Shown piece after piece: positions 27,793-38,410 of a stretch of DNA of 64,000 nucleotides. This stretch comes from a virus, in the IMG/VR virus record IMGVR_UViG_3300032070_000632, positions 13,055 to 77,054 of that record, one strand, 5' to 3'. The notes below the pieces were generated by a model. It did not search any database, was not told where the DNA came from, and saw nothing but the letters and a program-made list of their open reading frames with translations. The position numbers and the translations under genes were made by a program. Numbering within the stretch: the first letter of the stretch is position 1; every line of letters begins with the position of its first letter.

Positions 27793-30700
27793 ATGGCTGA
27801 CACACAAGCCACCTTGGTATTAAAAGTTAATATTGCCGAAATTGCCAAATTAAAAGAAGTGGCAAAGAATTTAGATACCATAAAAGAAAAAGCCAAGGCG
27901 TTTAATTCCGTTAGCCGAGAGGCATCCACGGCTAAAACATCAATCAAAGAAATGACCACGGCGGTTTCCACCGCCCAAAGTGCCATGGGAAAATTAGAGA
28001 GAGGAATGGCATCGGCGAATACCAGCATCGCCACTTGGCGGCAAGGATTATTTTCCTGGTCGGAACGGATGATAGACGTTAATAAAAAACTATTGGGATT
28101 TGGCAAAAATATCCAATGGACCGGCCGTCAGCTTACTTATGGTTTTTCTCTGCCGATTGCTCTTGCCGGATTTTTAGCGGTCAAGACCGCTATGGGTATA
28201 GAAAGTTCATGGATTAGAGTTAAAAAAGTTTATGGCGATACGGCGACGGAAGCCACTTCTTTTGCGGAAGTGCAGGAAAAAATATTAAGTCCGGCGGTTG
28301 ACCGGCTTTCTTTAGTTTTTGCCCAAAGCAAAAATGACATAGTAGATATTATGGCTAGTTGGGCGGCGATGGGAGTTACTGGAAAAGATTTGGCGAATAT
28401 CACACAAGAGACAATGAGTTATATGGTCGCCGGCGACATTGATGCGGCGAAGGCGACGGAATATCTGTCTTCTGCCGTAGCAATTTTTAATTTAAACACG
28501 GAACAAGCCCACACATCTATGGCTCAGCTTAACGCCGTAGAAAATGCCACAAAAGCGACGATGGTTGATTTAGGCGAGGCAATTATGCGTGTCGGCGAAT
28601 CAGCCAGCCAAGCTGGATTAAGCATCGCTGATACGGCGGCTTATGTCGCTCAATTGCGTTCCTCGGGTGCGACTGCCACGGTATCCGGCCGTGCGTTGCG
28701 AAGCGTCATTGGCAGTTTGGCTAAACCAACCTCTGAGGCGATAAAATTAGTAAGCGCATTATCGCAAAAATATTTAGGAGTAGGTTTGAATATGAACAGT
28801 GCCGCTTTTCAATCAATGTCATTTAAAAAAAGAATGGAGGAACTAGGCAGAGTTTATGAAAAATTATCCGAGGCTCAAAAAAATCAATTAGCATTGGTCG
28901 TCGCCGGCAAAGACCAGTTTGCCAGGTTTTCATCTTTATTAAAAGGCGTGGTTGATGAAACGTCCGCTTATCATATCACTTTGGCGGCCGCTTTGGACCC
29001 GTCAGTAGTCGCTAACTATGAAAAAGAAGTAGTGACCGTATTGGAATCAGCTCCAATGATGTGGCAGGGATTAAAAGTGGCGGTGGAAAATATGGCGGCT
29101 TCATGGGGAGGGATTATTTCTCAGACATTAATGCCGTTAGTTCAGTGGCTGATTGGTTTGGCATCGGCTTTTAGAAAAATATCTCCCGAAGTGCAAAGAA
29201 ACATTACTATTTTTTTAGCATTGGCGGCAGTACTCGGACCGGTCTTGATGTATATTGGTTTCATCGCCCAAGGTTTGGCTGTATTAAAAATAGCCTTCTT
29301 TTCTTTGACGAAAATGATTGGATTGAGTACTGGTTCATTTCTTATTTTTTTATCAGTATTAATGGCTTTATGCGCCGCCTTCAAATTAAACATCGGCGGT
29401 ATGGGCGATTGGGTAAAAGGATTGATGAATAACATTAAAGAGTTGACTTATAGTATTGGTGATATTGGCAAAGTGGTGGATGAAAGTGCCACCGGCTTAA
29501 AATCTTTAGGCGGAGTAATGAATAAGACTGGCGAAGACATGGCGGATGGTATCGGCGAGGGTTTAGGTGAAGGATTATCCAGTCTGACTAATTCCAATAT
29601 TAGAAATCAAATGGAAACGTTTGGTATGGCTTTGCAGAAAAATTTTTTAAAAGGATTTTCCGAAGTTGACACTGGCATGTTAAGCACCGCCATTAGTTTG
29701 ATAAAAGATTATTATAATGATTTGATTCAATCAAACGAAATGTCGGTTGAAAACGCTTTGAGCGGAATAAAATCATCAATTAATTCCGTCGCCGAAGCGA
29801 TTGCCAACAGCAACGCCACTAAATCAGTGCTTAATATTTACGACGCCTTAAAAGATAAAATCGGTGCGGTCAACGCTGAGATGTTAAACAGCGTTTTGGC
29901 CGCCCAGCAAAAAGTGGGAAAACTTGACGCTGAATTGGAAGCTCATAAAAAAATATATGAGGCGGCTAAAAGCGAATACGAAGCACAAAAAGAGTATGTT
30001 GATTTTTTAACTCAAAGCAACAAAGACATCAGTATCGAAGTAACAACCAGTGAAAAAAATAGAATGTGGGAAATCAAGGCAAAAATAAAAGAAGTCTCTA
30101 AAGCTAATTTAGAGGAATTGCAGGCGGAAAAAAGAAAAGCATTAATATTGGCTAAAGGAATGAAAGACCAGGAAAAAGATATTAAAAAACGAGAGGAAGA
30201 ATTAAACGCGGCTAAAGATTTGCTAAAAATAGAACAAGAACTAATGCAAATTAGAAGAAGCATGCTGGATATGGTTCAAGTTACGTCAACTGCCGGCGGA
30301 TTAACTGCGACGACTGGTTTAACCGATGTTGCCGCTACCATGCCCGATTTAGGCGGGACGTTGGGTGGATTAAGTGAATTTGGTGCGGTTAGCGGTGAAT
30401 TTGATAAGAATGTTGACGGCATGATGGATAAGTTAAAAGATTTAGGCAAAGTAGCCGAAGTAGTCGGTCTAGCATTATTAGGCGGTGCTCTTAATAGGGC
30501 GGTTAAAACAATATTCGGCGTAAGTATGGTCGAATATGCCAAGAGCATTTTAGGTTTGACTTCCGCCTTGAAAATACTTGCCGGTTTGGGAGTGGCGGCG
30601 GCGACTATTTATACGATTAGCGTAATTTTTAAATTTTGGAAAGGAACGGAAGAAATAAAAACAAATATAGAGGATGCTTTGAGCGGCACTTTACAATTAA

Positions 30701-31836
30701 TGGATAATTTAAGAAAACAAGGAAATTATCAGGCGGCGATTGAAATCGGTGTTAAATTCAGTTTGGATATGCAAAATTTAGATAAAATGCTGGCGGGTGC
30801 TCAAGAAAAAATAATAACGTCTTTTGGTTTATTATTAGGCGGGGCGGTCATTGCTTTATTAGGTCTGGGCACTGGCGGTGCGGCTCCATTAATTGCTTTA
30901 ACTTTAGGAACATTGATGGCCACAATTCCGTTTGTCTTTGATATGAAAGACGTGACGGTAAAAGATTGGTCGAAAGAATTTGTTAATTTGGCGTGGGATT
31001 TAATAAAAAGTCTTGGTAATTTTAATCCTTTTGACGTCATCTTTGATACTGGAAAATTGCGAGAACAAATAACCGAAGCTATAAGAAATTTACCGTCAAC
31101 TATCAGCAGTGCTTTCAGCAGTATAAAGCCAGTGATTGACAATGTCGTAAATTGGTTTGCTGAATTGCCAGGACGAATATGGAACGCTACAGATGATATT
31201 TTAACTTCATGGAAAAAACTTCCTCAAAATTTAAGAGAAGTTTGGAGTGATATAAAAACTAAATTTTCTACATGGATTTCCGAGATGAGTATTGGAGCAA
31301 ATTTTTCAAGTATAGTTAATAATATTTTAACATCATTTAAAAATCTTCCCCAAAATTTAGCAGAAATTTGGGACAAAATAAAAAGTGGTTTTTTAGGCAT
31401 ATTTAGTAATGCTAATTTTAGTATTAATTTAGAACCATTAAAAACTAAATTTAATGAGTTAGTTACTTTTTTTAAAGAAATACCAAATAGAATAAAAAAT
31501 ACATTAAGAACTTATGGCGGTTGGCTTGGAACTTTTATTGCTGACCATTTTCAAACTGGAGGTTTGGTATCAGGTAATTTTTCTCAGGCGGTTCCGGTTA
31601 TAGCCCATGGAGGAGAAATGATTTTAAACAGGCATCAACAATCGGAATTATTTAATCAATTAAATAATCCATCGCCGATGTCTTATGAAAAAAATAATGG
31701 TAATAATCAAATTAATTATACCATTGAGTTTAATGTGGGGAATATGATTTGTAGTGAAGCGGAAAAGAGAGAATTTGCTAGGTCAATACAACGTAGTCTT
31801 CAACAGGATGTCAGAAGAATCGGCCCGGCGTTATAG
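27793..31836 (+). CDS. tape measure protein
   Basis: 1347 aa, helical and Ala-rich, central hydrophobic segments, C-terminal AHGGEMIL. Confidence 0.92.
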   Translation: MADTQATLVLKVNIAEIAKLKEVAKNLDTIKEKAKAFNSVSREASTAKTSIKEMTTAVSTAQSAMGKLERGMASANTSIATWRQGLFSWSERMIDVNKKLLGFGKNIQWTGRQLTYGFSLPIALAGFLAVKTAMGIESSWIRVKKVYGDTATEATSFAEVQEKILSPAVDRLSLVFAQSKNDIVDIMASWAAMGVTGKDLANITQETMSYMVAGDIDAAKATEYLSSAVAIFNLNTEQAHTSMAQLNAVENATKATMVDLGEAIMRVGESASQAGLSIADTAAYVAQLRSSGATATVSGRALRSVIGSLAKPTSEAIKLVSALSQKYLGVGLNMNSAAFQSMSFKKRMEELGRVYEKLSEAQKNQLALVVAGKDQFARFSSLLKGVVDETSAYHITLAAALDPSVVANYEKEVVTVLESAPMMWQGLKVAVENMAASWGGIISQTLMPLVQWLIGLASAFRKISPEVQRNITIFLALAAVLGPVLMYIGFIAQGLAVLKIAFFSLTKMIGLSTGSFLIFLSVLMALCAAFKLNIGGMGDWVKGLMNNIKELTYSIGDIGKVVDESATGLKSLGGVMNKTGEDMADGIGEGLGEGLSSLTNSNIRNQMETFGMALQKNFLKGFSEVDTGMLSTAISLIKDYYNDLIQSNEMSVENALSGIKSSINSVAEAIANSNATKSVLNIYDALKDKIGAVNAEMLNSVLAAQQKVGKLDAELEAHKKIYEAAKSEYEAQKEYVDFLTQSNKDISIEVTTSEKNRMWEIKAKIKEVSKANLEELQAEKRKALILAKGMKDQEKDIKKREEELNAAKDLLKIEQELMQIRRSMLDMVQVTSTAGGLTATTGLTDVAATMPDLGGTLGGLSEFGAVSGEFDKNVDGMMDKLKDLGKVAEVVGLALLGGALNRAVKTIFGVSMVEYAKSILGLTSALKILAGLGVAAATIYTISVIFKFWKGTEEIKTNIEDALSGTLQLMDNLRKQGNYQAAIEIGVKFSLDMQNLDKMLAGAQEKIITSFGLLLGGAVIALLGLGTGGAAPLIALTLGTLMATIPFVFDMKDVTVKDWSKEFVNLAWDLIKSLGNFNPFDVIFDTGKLREQITEAIRNLPSTISSAFSSIKPVIDNVVNWFAELPGRIWNATDDILTSWKKLPQNLREVWSDIKTKFSTWISEMSIGANFSSIVNNILTSFKNLPQNLAEIWDKIKSGFLGIFSNANFSINLEPLKTKFNELVTFFKEIPNRIKNTLRTYGGWLGTFIADHFQTGGLVSGNFSQAVPVIAHGGEMILNRHQQSELFNQLNNPSPMSYEKNNGNNQINYTIEFNVGNMICSEAEKREFARSIQRSLQQDVRRIGPAL

Positions 31837-31966
31837 TTTATTATTAAATTAATAAGAATAAAGCATAAAAAACGATTAACCAATAAACCAATTCTTTTAA
31901 ATTTTTACGAGGATTCAAATCTAATTTCATATATATAAATTAATAATATAATTATATCATAAAAAT

Positions 31967-32314
31967 ATGTCTTGGGCAACACTTGGAAGCGTACAACTTG
32001 ATAATCCAAATAGTTTAAGAGAGAGTAATATCGTGCACGGAGCGGATACGACTACTCTAAACGGCACTACTCGCCGTGCCATTCGGGCAATAAAAAAAGC
32101 CTGGACGTTTTCTTATAATTATTTAAGCGTATCAAAATATGACGAAATTTACGCCTTAGTCTCCGCCGGCGATGCCGTTATTTTTTCTATCATTGATACG
32201 AGTGTTGTTAATATACAAAATAAAACTGTTTTTATTAATATGGACGCCAGAGAATTTGTCGCCGGCAATCCCAGTTATTTAGCCGGAGTCACTATCACTT
32301 TGACGGAAGAATAA
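31967..32314 (+). CDS. putative distal tail protein
   Basis: Follows TMP; WTFSY and ITLTE pattern. Confidence 0.6.
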   Translation: MSWATLGSVQLDNPNSLRESNIVHGADTTTLNGTTRRAIRAIKKAWTFSYNYLSVSKYDEIYALVSAGDAVIFSIIDTSVVNIQNKTVFINMDAREFVAGNPSYLAGVTITLTEE

Positions 32315-32316
32315 TA

Positions 32317-34293
32317 ATGCCTACCAATAATTCAACAATTAATTCCAAGGCGCGGATAAACGTTTCTTACGCCAAAGCCATTGAAGCACCCACCCGTTTT
32401 CCGAGTGCTAAAATTTTTTTTTCCTGGGATAGGTCGCGTAATTTGACGGCTGATGGCTGGCAATTTTTAAACGAAAGCGAACACTTATCGGGCGTGGAAG
32501 TTTTTGACGAATTAGAAGGTTCAGTCGGGGAATCGGTGATTACCGAAGCTGATATTTCTTTGGATAATATAGATGAGAGATTCTTGCCAGGCGATTTTAA
32601 AAATAAATTAAAAAATCCTTCTTTTGAATTAAACGCCACGGCGACTTACTGGACGACAATCTCCGGCGGCGGAGCGATAAACACCAGTGAAGTAAAAACA
32701 CGTTTGCGAAGTTATAAAATACAGACCGTGGCGGCAAAGTTGTTATCCGACAATATGTTCATCGCTTCCGGTTTGGGGGAAGAGTATATTAATCAGGACG
32801 AAAATTGGGTGTTTTCTTTATACATGAAAGGAAGTGGCAATGCCGCCTTGCGATTGTATGCGTTTGACGTCACTAATTCCGGCGGGACTGATTATGCAAC
32901 CGGCTTATTAGCGTCCGCTTCGACTACTGGAATCGCCCTAACCGGCAGTTTTGCCAGGTCAAACGTGTCTTTAGTGGTTCCATCAGGTACCGCTTCTTTG
33001 CGGGCACTATTTGAACTTGAATCCGGCGTTAATTTATACGCCGATGACGGCATGGTGGAACGGGGAAGCGTAGCGACTGATTTTTTTGACATTGACGAAT
33101 ATATCCGGCACTTAATTTTGCCTAACCGACCAGTGGTTGTTGATATTGGTTTTTCCACCCAAGGAATTACCGCCTCAGGTACCGGCATTACTTATAAAAG
33201 AGTTTTTAACGGATTGACTGATTCGCTAAAACCAAATCTAAAAGAAGAAACCATCGCTATTCATTGTCTTGATTGGGCGTCAAAATTAGAGGAGATGCAA
33301 GCCCCGTCAATCATGTATGAAAATAAAAGGACGGATGAATTATTAGAATATCTCGCTTTAGCGGCCGGGCTGACTATCACTGAATATGATTTTGAAGTCG
33401 GAGTATTAACCATTCCTTTCTGTTGGTTCAGCGATGAGGAAGACCAAAGTATTTGGTGGTGGATGAAAAAAATAGCGGAGGCGGAAAACGGCCGGATATT
33501 TTTTGACACGGATGGCATTTTAAAATTTTGGAACAGAAACCATTATAAAAATAATAAAACATCTCAATATGTTTATAATTTTGACAGTAATACTGATGAC
33601 ATAAATTTTGAAGTTTCACCGGAAAAAATAATCAATCACGTTAAAGTCATCGCCAAGCCTCGGGCGGTCCAGCCAAATCAAATTATTTGGATTTTACAAA
33701 GTTATGAAACCATACCGGCTGGAGAATCACTGGATTACGAAATAACAGTTGACGACCCTTGCTATGCCATGAGTACGCCGGTCGCCAGCATTGATTATTT
33801 GGGAAACAGCGAAAGCGATGGCAGTGGCACTGATTTAACCGCTTATCTGACTATTACTGATTTCGTCGTCAAAGCAAAAAAAGCGACGATGAAGATAAAT
33901 AATATTCATCCGACTGATATTGTTTATCTGACGTTTTTTCAAGTCAAAGGAGAACCGGCTACTATTTTGCAGGAAATGGAAGTGGAGGTAAAAGATACGG
34001 AATCAATTTCTTTATATCGTGATAAATATTTGGAAATTGAAAATGAGTATATTCAGGATTTGGATGAAGCGGAGGCGTTGGCAAAAAGAATTATTATTGA
34101 ACGCCGCAATCCCTTGACTTTTATTGAAATTGAAGCGGTCGGCAATCCGGAAATAAACGTGGGCGACGTAGTCACCGTGCAGGATAATTATGACGGCACT
34201 ACTAAAGATTTATTTGTGGTAGGCAACAGATTAAGTTTTTCCGGCGATGTCATTCAAAATTTAAGATTAGAATCAAAAATTTTAGATTATTAA
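32317..34293 (+). CDS. tail tip / baseplate hub protein with inserted carbohydrate-binding-like domain
   Basis: LKNPSFE...VERGSVAT insert; GRIFFDTDG; GNPEINVGDVV. Confidence 0.7.
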   Translation: MPTNNSTINSKARINVSYAKAIEAPTRFPSAKIFFSWDRSRNLTADGWQFLNESEHLSGVEVFDELEGSVGESVITEADISLDNIDERFLPGDFKNKLKNPSFELNATATYWTTISGGGAINTSEVKTRLRSYKIQTVAAKLLSDNMFIASGLGEEYINQDENWVFSLYMKGSGNAALRLYAFDVTNSGGTDYATGLLASASTTGIALTGSFARSNVSLVVPSGTASLRALFELESGVNLYADDGMVERGSVATDFFDIDEYIRHLILPNRPVVVDIGFSTQGITASGTGITYKRVFNGLTDSLKPNLKEETIAIHCLDWASKLEEMQAPSIMYENKRTDELLEYLALAAGLTITEYDFEVGVLTIPFCWFSDEEDQSIWWWMKKIAEAENGRIFFDTDGILKFWNRNHYKNNKTSQYVYNFDSNTDDINFEVSPEKIINHVKVIAKPRAVQPNQIIWILQSYETIPAGESLDYEITVDDPCYAMSTPVASIDYLGNSESDGSGTDLTAYLTITDFVVKAKKATMKINNIHPTDIVYLTFFQVKGEPATILQEMEVEVKDTESISLYRDKYLEIENEYIQDLDEAEALAKRIIIERRNPLTFIEIEAVGNPEINVGDVVTVQDNYDGTTKDLFVVGNRLSFSGDVIQNLRLESKILDY

Positions 34294-34294
34294 T

Positions 34295-36202
34295 ATGGCG
34301 GATGAGACAACAATTGAAACTAATACCAAACGGCATGATGGAGCCGTCTGGATTAATGGTGGTCGGTTGTATGCCACGACGGCGGCCGGAATTTTAGCTA
34401 TTCGTGCCGGCGAAATTTTAGGTTCGGGAATCGCTTTAAAAACAATCAGTGAAAGCAATATCGCCGACCGAGCGATAACGACCGTTAAAGTGGCTTTAGG
34501 AGCCATTCAAGAGTCATTAATCGCCGCTGGAGCGGTTACGGAGACTAAAATTGATGATGATGCCATTACTTCCCCTAAAATCTTCGCTGGGGCGGTGGTA
34601 GCGGGCAAGATAGGGGCAAATGCCGTCTATGCCAATAATATCATCGCTGGGGCCGTCACAACCGTTAAAATAGCCGTCTCAGGTGTGGCGGCGGACCGGA
34701 TTGCGGCCAATGCTATTGTTTCATCTAAAATCGCCGCCAACGCCATCCAGTCAATTCATATCGCCGCTTATCAAGTGATAGCGGAAAAAATCGGTTCCGG
34801 GACTATTGATACGCAAAAAATAACTCTATCCGGCACCGGAGCGAATGGCATTATTGAAATAGATGCCCAGACGTCAAATAACAGACCAACAATTAGAGTT
34901 GCTAAACAAGGAGTTAATTTGGCTTTGTTTGGAAATTTAAAAGAGGAGACTGGCGTGGAAGAATATGGTTTATGGGTAAAATCGGGAGCGGCCTATATCG
35001 GCGGTTATCGTTTATACGAAGCGGTGGTTGACGCCGGCGGAGATGGCGATTACACGACAATCAAAGATGCGGTTGATGCCGGCAAGACTAGAATTTTTGT
35101 CCGAAACGGAACATATACTCTCGCCGCCGACATAACCATCAGCAATAATGACGTGACGATTATCGGAGAAAGCAGGGACGGAGTAATCATAAATTCCGGC
35201 GCGACTTCAACAAAATATAAAATATTAGTCACTGGACATCGATGCACTCTCAGTAATTTTACAAAAGACCGGGGACCAAGCAGTGAATGGAGTATTAAAG
35301 CCAGCGGAGACGATTGCCATATTTATAACGTAAAAATAGAAGACAGTGATTCTCATTCACGAGGAATTTATTTTGCCGTTGGCGCTGATAACGGCATTGT
35401 TAATAATTGCATTATAAAAGTGGCCGTCTGGGGGATTTATTGCGCTGGAGATTTTACAAAAATTACCGATAATTATTTTGACAGCGGTGACGGCGGAGAA
35501 TTGATGATTTCAGGAGATAATAATGTATTTTCCAGAAATACCTGCAAGAGAACTGGTTCGACTAACACTGCCGGCATTGATATAACCGGAATTAATAATA
35601 TTTGTGCGGATAATTACGTTTATCATTCGTCAACCACTAATGTTGGAATTTACGTTAACGGCAATTACAATAAAATTTCCAATAATTATATTGAAAATTT
35701 TGAGAAGGGAATATACGTCGGCGGGGATATTGGCATTACCATAACCAATAATACGATTTATAATAGTGCCGTTACTGGAATATACGTCATTTCTTCCAGC
35801 ACCGCCGGAGAAGGATTTTATACTATCTCAAACAATGTGGTTTATAGTTCTGGAACCACCGGCATTAAACTTTCTTATGGATTTAGAATAGTTTGCACTT
35901 CCAACGCGGTATATGGTTCGGGAGGAAATGGAATTGAACGTGAAGATGTGACTTTTAGAGAAGCGATTATTTCAAATAATATGGTGCAAGGATGCGCTGG
36001 GGCTGGATTTTCATTCCGAGGGACATATCAGGCAATCAGATGTTCATTTGTCGGCAATATGTCGCTTGACAATGGCACTTACGGATTTGACATAAAGGAT
36101 TACGAGTGCGTTATCGGCAATAATTTAGCTAACGGAAACGGAACGGCTAATTATAATGTCGATGCCGATGCTTCTACTATTTATGCTCACAACTATGGTT
36201 AA
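34295..36202 (+). CDS. tail fibre/spike with right-handed beta-helix (pectate-lyase-like) domain
   Basis: 10-aa AVxxxKI repeats; GDYTTIKDAV, IFVRNGTY, IIGES; parallel beta-helix repeats. Confidence 0.85.
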   Translation: MADETTIETNTKRHDGAVWINGGRLYATTAAGILAIRAGEILGSGIALKTISESNIADRAITTVKVALGAIQESLIAAGAVTETKIDDDAITSPKIFAGAVVAGKIGANAVYANNIIAGAVTTVKIAVSGVAADRIAANAIVSSKIAANAIQSIHIAAYQVIAEKIGSGTIDTQKITLSGTGANGIIEIDAQTSNNRPTIRVAKQGVNLALFGNLKEETGVEEYGLWVKSGAAYIGGYRLYEAVVDAGGDGDYTTIKDAVDAGKTRIFVRNGTYTLAADITISNNDVTIIGESRDGVIINSGATSTKYKILVTGHRCTLSNFTKDRGPSSEWSIKASGDDCHIYNVKIEDSDSHSRGIYFAVGADNGIVNNCIIKVAVWGIYCAGDFTKITDNYFDSGDGGELMISGDNNVFSRNTCKRTGSTNTAGIDITGINNICADNYVYHSSTTNVGIYVNGNYNKISNNYIENFEKGIYVGGDIGITITNNTIYNSAVTGIYVISSSTAGEGFYTISNNVVYSSGTTGIKLSYGFRIVCTSNAVYGSGGNGIEREDVTFREAIISNNMVQGCAGAGFSFRGTYQAIRCSFVGNMSLDNGTYGFDIKDYECVIGNNLANGNGTANYNVDADASTIYAHNYG

Positions 36203-36228
36203 AAATTTATTTAATAATTTTAGAATAT

Positions 36229-36438
36229 ATGAAAAAATATCTTAAACAAGACGGCAAATATTATACCATTTCCCAAGAGGTTAAAGAAATTGACGAGGTT
36301 AAAAAAATCAATGACCAGCTTATTTTTTTAAAAAAACGGCATGATGAAGAAATTAATAGAATCGAAACAAAATATCAAGAACAAATCAATGAATTAAAAC
36401 AAAATTTAATAGAATTAAATAATTTAGAATTAACTTAA
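36229..36438 (+). CDS. small coiled-coil protein
   Basis: 69 aa ORF after fibre. Confidence 0.55.
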   Translation: MKKYLKQDGKYYTISQEVKEIDEVKKINDQLIFLKKRHDEEINRIETKYQEQINELKQNLIELNNLELT

Positions 36439-36442
36439 ATAT

Positions 36443-37183
36443 ATGCCAAATTTTCAATTAAAAAAACCGCTTGATTATTGCGTAGTCACACAGCCTTTTG
36501 GCGTCAACTATGTAGATTTTTATCAGAAAAATTTTAATCCGCCAATGAACGGCCATAACGGAACTGATTTTCGCACAAATGGAGATAAAGTCTATGCTTG
36601 TTTTGATGGTTTTGCTATTTTTGCCGGCACATACAGCGACGGTGGAATCGGAGTAGAGATGGTCAGCGACCACATTGAAGAAGAAAAAAGGTATAAGGCA
36701 ATATATTATCATTTAAAATCAGTAAACGTTAAAATAGACGACTGGATAAAAGCCGGAGATTTGATAGGAATTTCCGATAACACTGGTCTTATGACTACCG
36801 GTTCTCATTTGCATTTAGGATTAAAAATTTGCGATGCCTATACGCCATTTGCCACTCTGAATAAAGACAACGGATATTATGGCTGTATTGACCTTGTGCC
36901 TTTAATGGAAGAAGGTTGGGATAAGTTGCCGGTTGATTTATATTACGGCAAACAAAGAAATTGGTATGCCGAATGGCTGTTAAGATTTAAAAATGCGTGG
37001 GTCCATCGCCGGCTGATTCAGGTTTATCATCGTGGTCCGTTATCGTTGACAAACCGAGAAATGTCGGCCATAGTTTATGGTAGTTGGGGATTTGATGAAG
37101 TATTAAATCCTGCCTTATGGCCAATTTGGGCAATGGTTACAAAATCAGATTGGGAAATAAATAAAAAAGTTCCCTATTGTTAA
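36443..37183 (+). CDS. M23 family peptidase (endolysin)
   Basis: HNGTD, YYHL, SDNTG, HLHLG zinc motifs. Confidence 0.9.
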   Translation: MPNFQLKKPLDYCVVTQPFGVNYVDFYQKNFNPPMNGHNGTDFRTNGDKVYACFDGFAIFAGTYSDGGIGVEMVSDHIEEEKRYKAIYYHLKSVNVKIDDWIKAGDLIGISDNTGLMTTGSHLHLGLKICDAYTPFATLNKDNGYYGCIDLVPLMEEGWDKLPVDLYYGKQRNWYAEWLLRFKNAWVHRRLIQVYHRGPLSLTNREMSAIVYGSWGFDEVLNPALWPIWAMVTKSDWEINKKVPYC

Positions 37184-37592
37184 TTCTATCAATAGAGGTA
37201 TTATCTTTTCCAAATTGTTCACAATGTTTTGAATAACTTTTGTACATATCATTCTTAAAATCATTAAAATTTTTCCATAAACATTTTATCCCACGAGCAC
37301 CATAATATTTATAAGAAATATCATTTTTATTATAACATCTTTTTATTATTAAATAATAAATATTATAAAATTGCGTGCCGGACATTTTATGAATAATATG
37401 TTTTTGTGCACTGTTATAAATTGAACAATCACGACAATTTTTTTTAAATTTCAAAACATCACCTCTAGCAGAAAATTTTTTACCACATTTGCATTCACAA
37501 AGCCAATATATATGACCATTTTTTTTAAAATTAATTTTTTTAACAATAATCTTACCAAATTTTTTATTAGTTAAATCAATTATTTTTTTCAT
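37137..37592 (-). pseudogene. HNH-type homing endonuclease, C-terminally truncated
   Basis: DLTNKKFG, WLCECKCG, YGARGI, SIDRINN, then no NY..NCRW motif; runs into the endolysin 3' end. Confidence 0.65.
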
Positions 37593-38407
37593 ATATAATT
37601 TTTAAGAAAATTTATCGCTTCATAAAATGGCATTTCGTATTTATCCATCACAAATCTAATCGCCCCTCCGCCCCGTCCGCAACCATAACAATAAAATCCT
37701 TTTCCCTCGTTGTAAATGGCACAAGACGGGGTTTTTTCATTATGGAAAGGACAGTCTATTTTTTCTCCTCCGGAAAAAGGAAATTTTTTATGGTATTCGT
37801 TAAAGAAAGACAGAATATAAACCGCATCGCAGTCATCAATTACTGATTGGTCTATCTCTTTATTTTTAAAACCGAATAACTGTCCTTCCAATCTTATCAG
37901 TTCATTTTCATATTTTGGATAATCATTAAAATCATTAAAAATATCCAATAACCATTGGGGACAATTTGAATTTTTTAATTTTTTATAAGATTCTTTTATT
38001 TGATTAGTTTGCAATTTTAAAAAGTTTATTCTGTCAATCAAATATTCCGACTTTCTGGCGGACGACCATTCTTGGTCTATTTCCAATTCCAATTCGGCTA
38101 AATAATTTTTTATTTTAGGAATTTCAATTTTCTCATACCACTTTTCTATTTCCAATTCCAAACCATTGCCGTCGGCATAATTTAAATCAAATTGGCAGAT
38201 TATATCGGAGAAACTTTTTGCTAATTCTTGCCATCCATTGGCATCAGCCATTCCCCAAAAGCGATAAGCAGTCTGGACTAAAGTATATCTGTCTGCCCAA
38301 CGAATAAAATATTTGTCGGCGTCGCGTTCATTATAAAAATATATCTTATCCCAGTCTTTTTTTCTTTTGTTATAAACATAAAAACTTTGGAGAAATTGGT
38401 TGGTCAT
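37589..38407 (-). CDS. protein with C-terminal CHC2 primase zinc finger
   Basis: CPFHNEKTPS...FYCYGCG. Confidence 0.85.
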   Translation of the reverse strand: MTNQFLQSFYVYNKRKKDWDKIYFYNERDADKYFIRWADRYTLVQTAYRFWGMADANGWQELAKSFSDIICQFDLNYADGNGLELEIEKWYEKIEIPKIKNYLAELELEIDQEWSSARKSEYLIDRINFLKLQTNQIKESYKKLKNSNCPQWLLDIFNDFNDYPKYENELIRLEGQLFGFKNKEIDQSVIDDCDAVYILSFFNEYHKKFPFSGGEKIDCPFHNEKTPSCAIYNEGKGFYCYGCGRGGGAIRFVMDKYEMPFYEAINFLKNYI

Positions 38408-38410
38408 AAA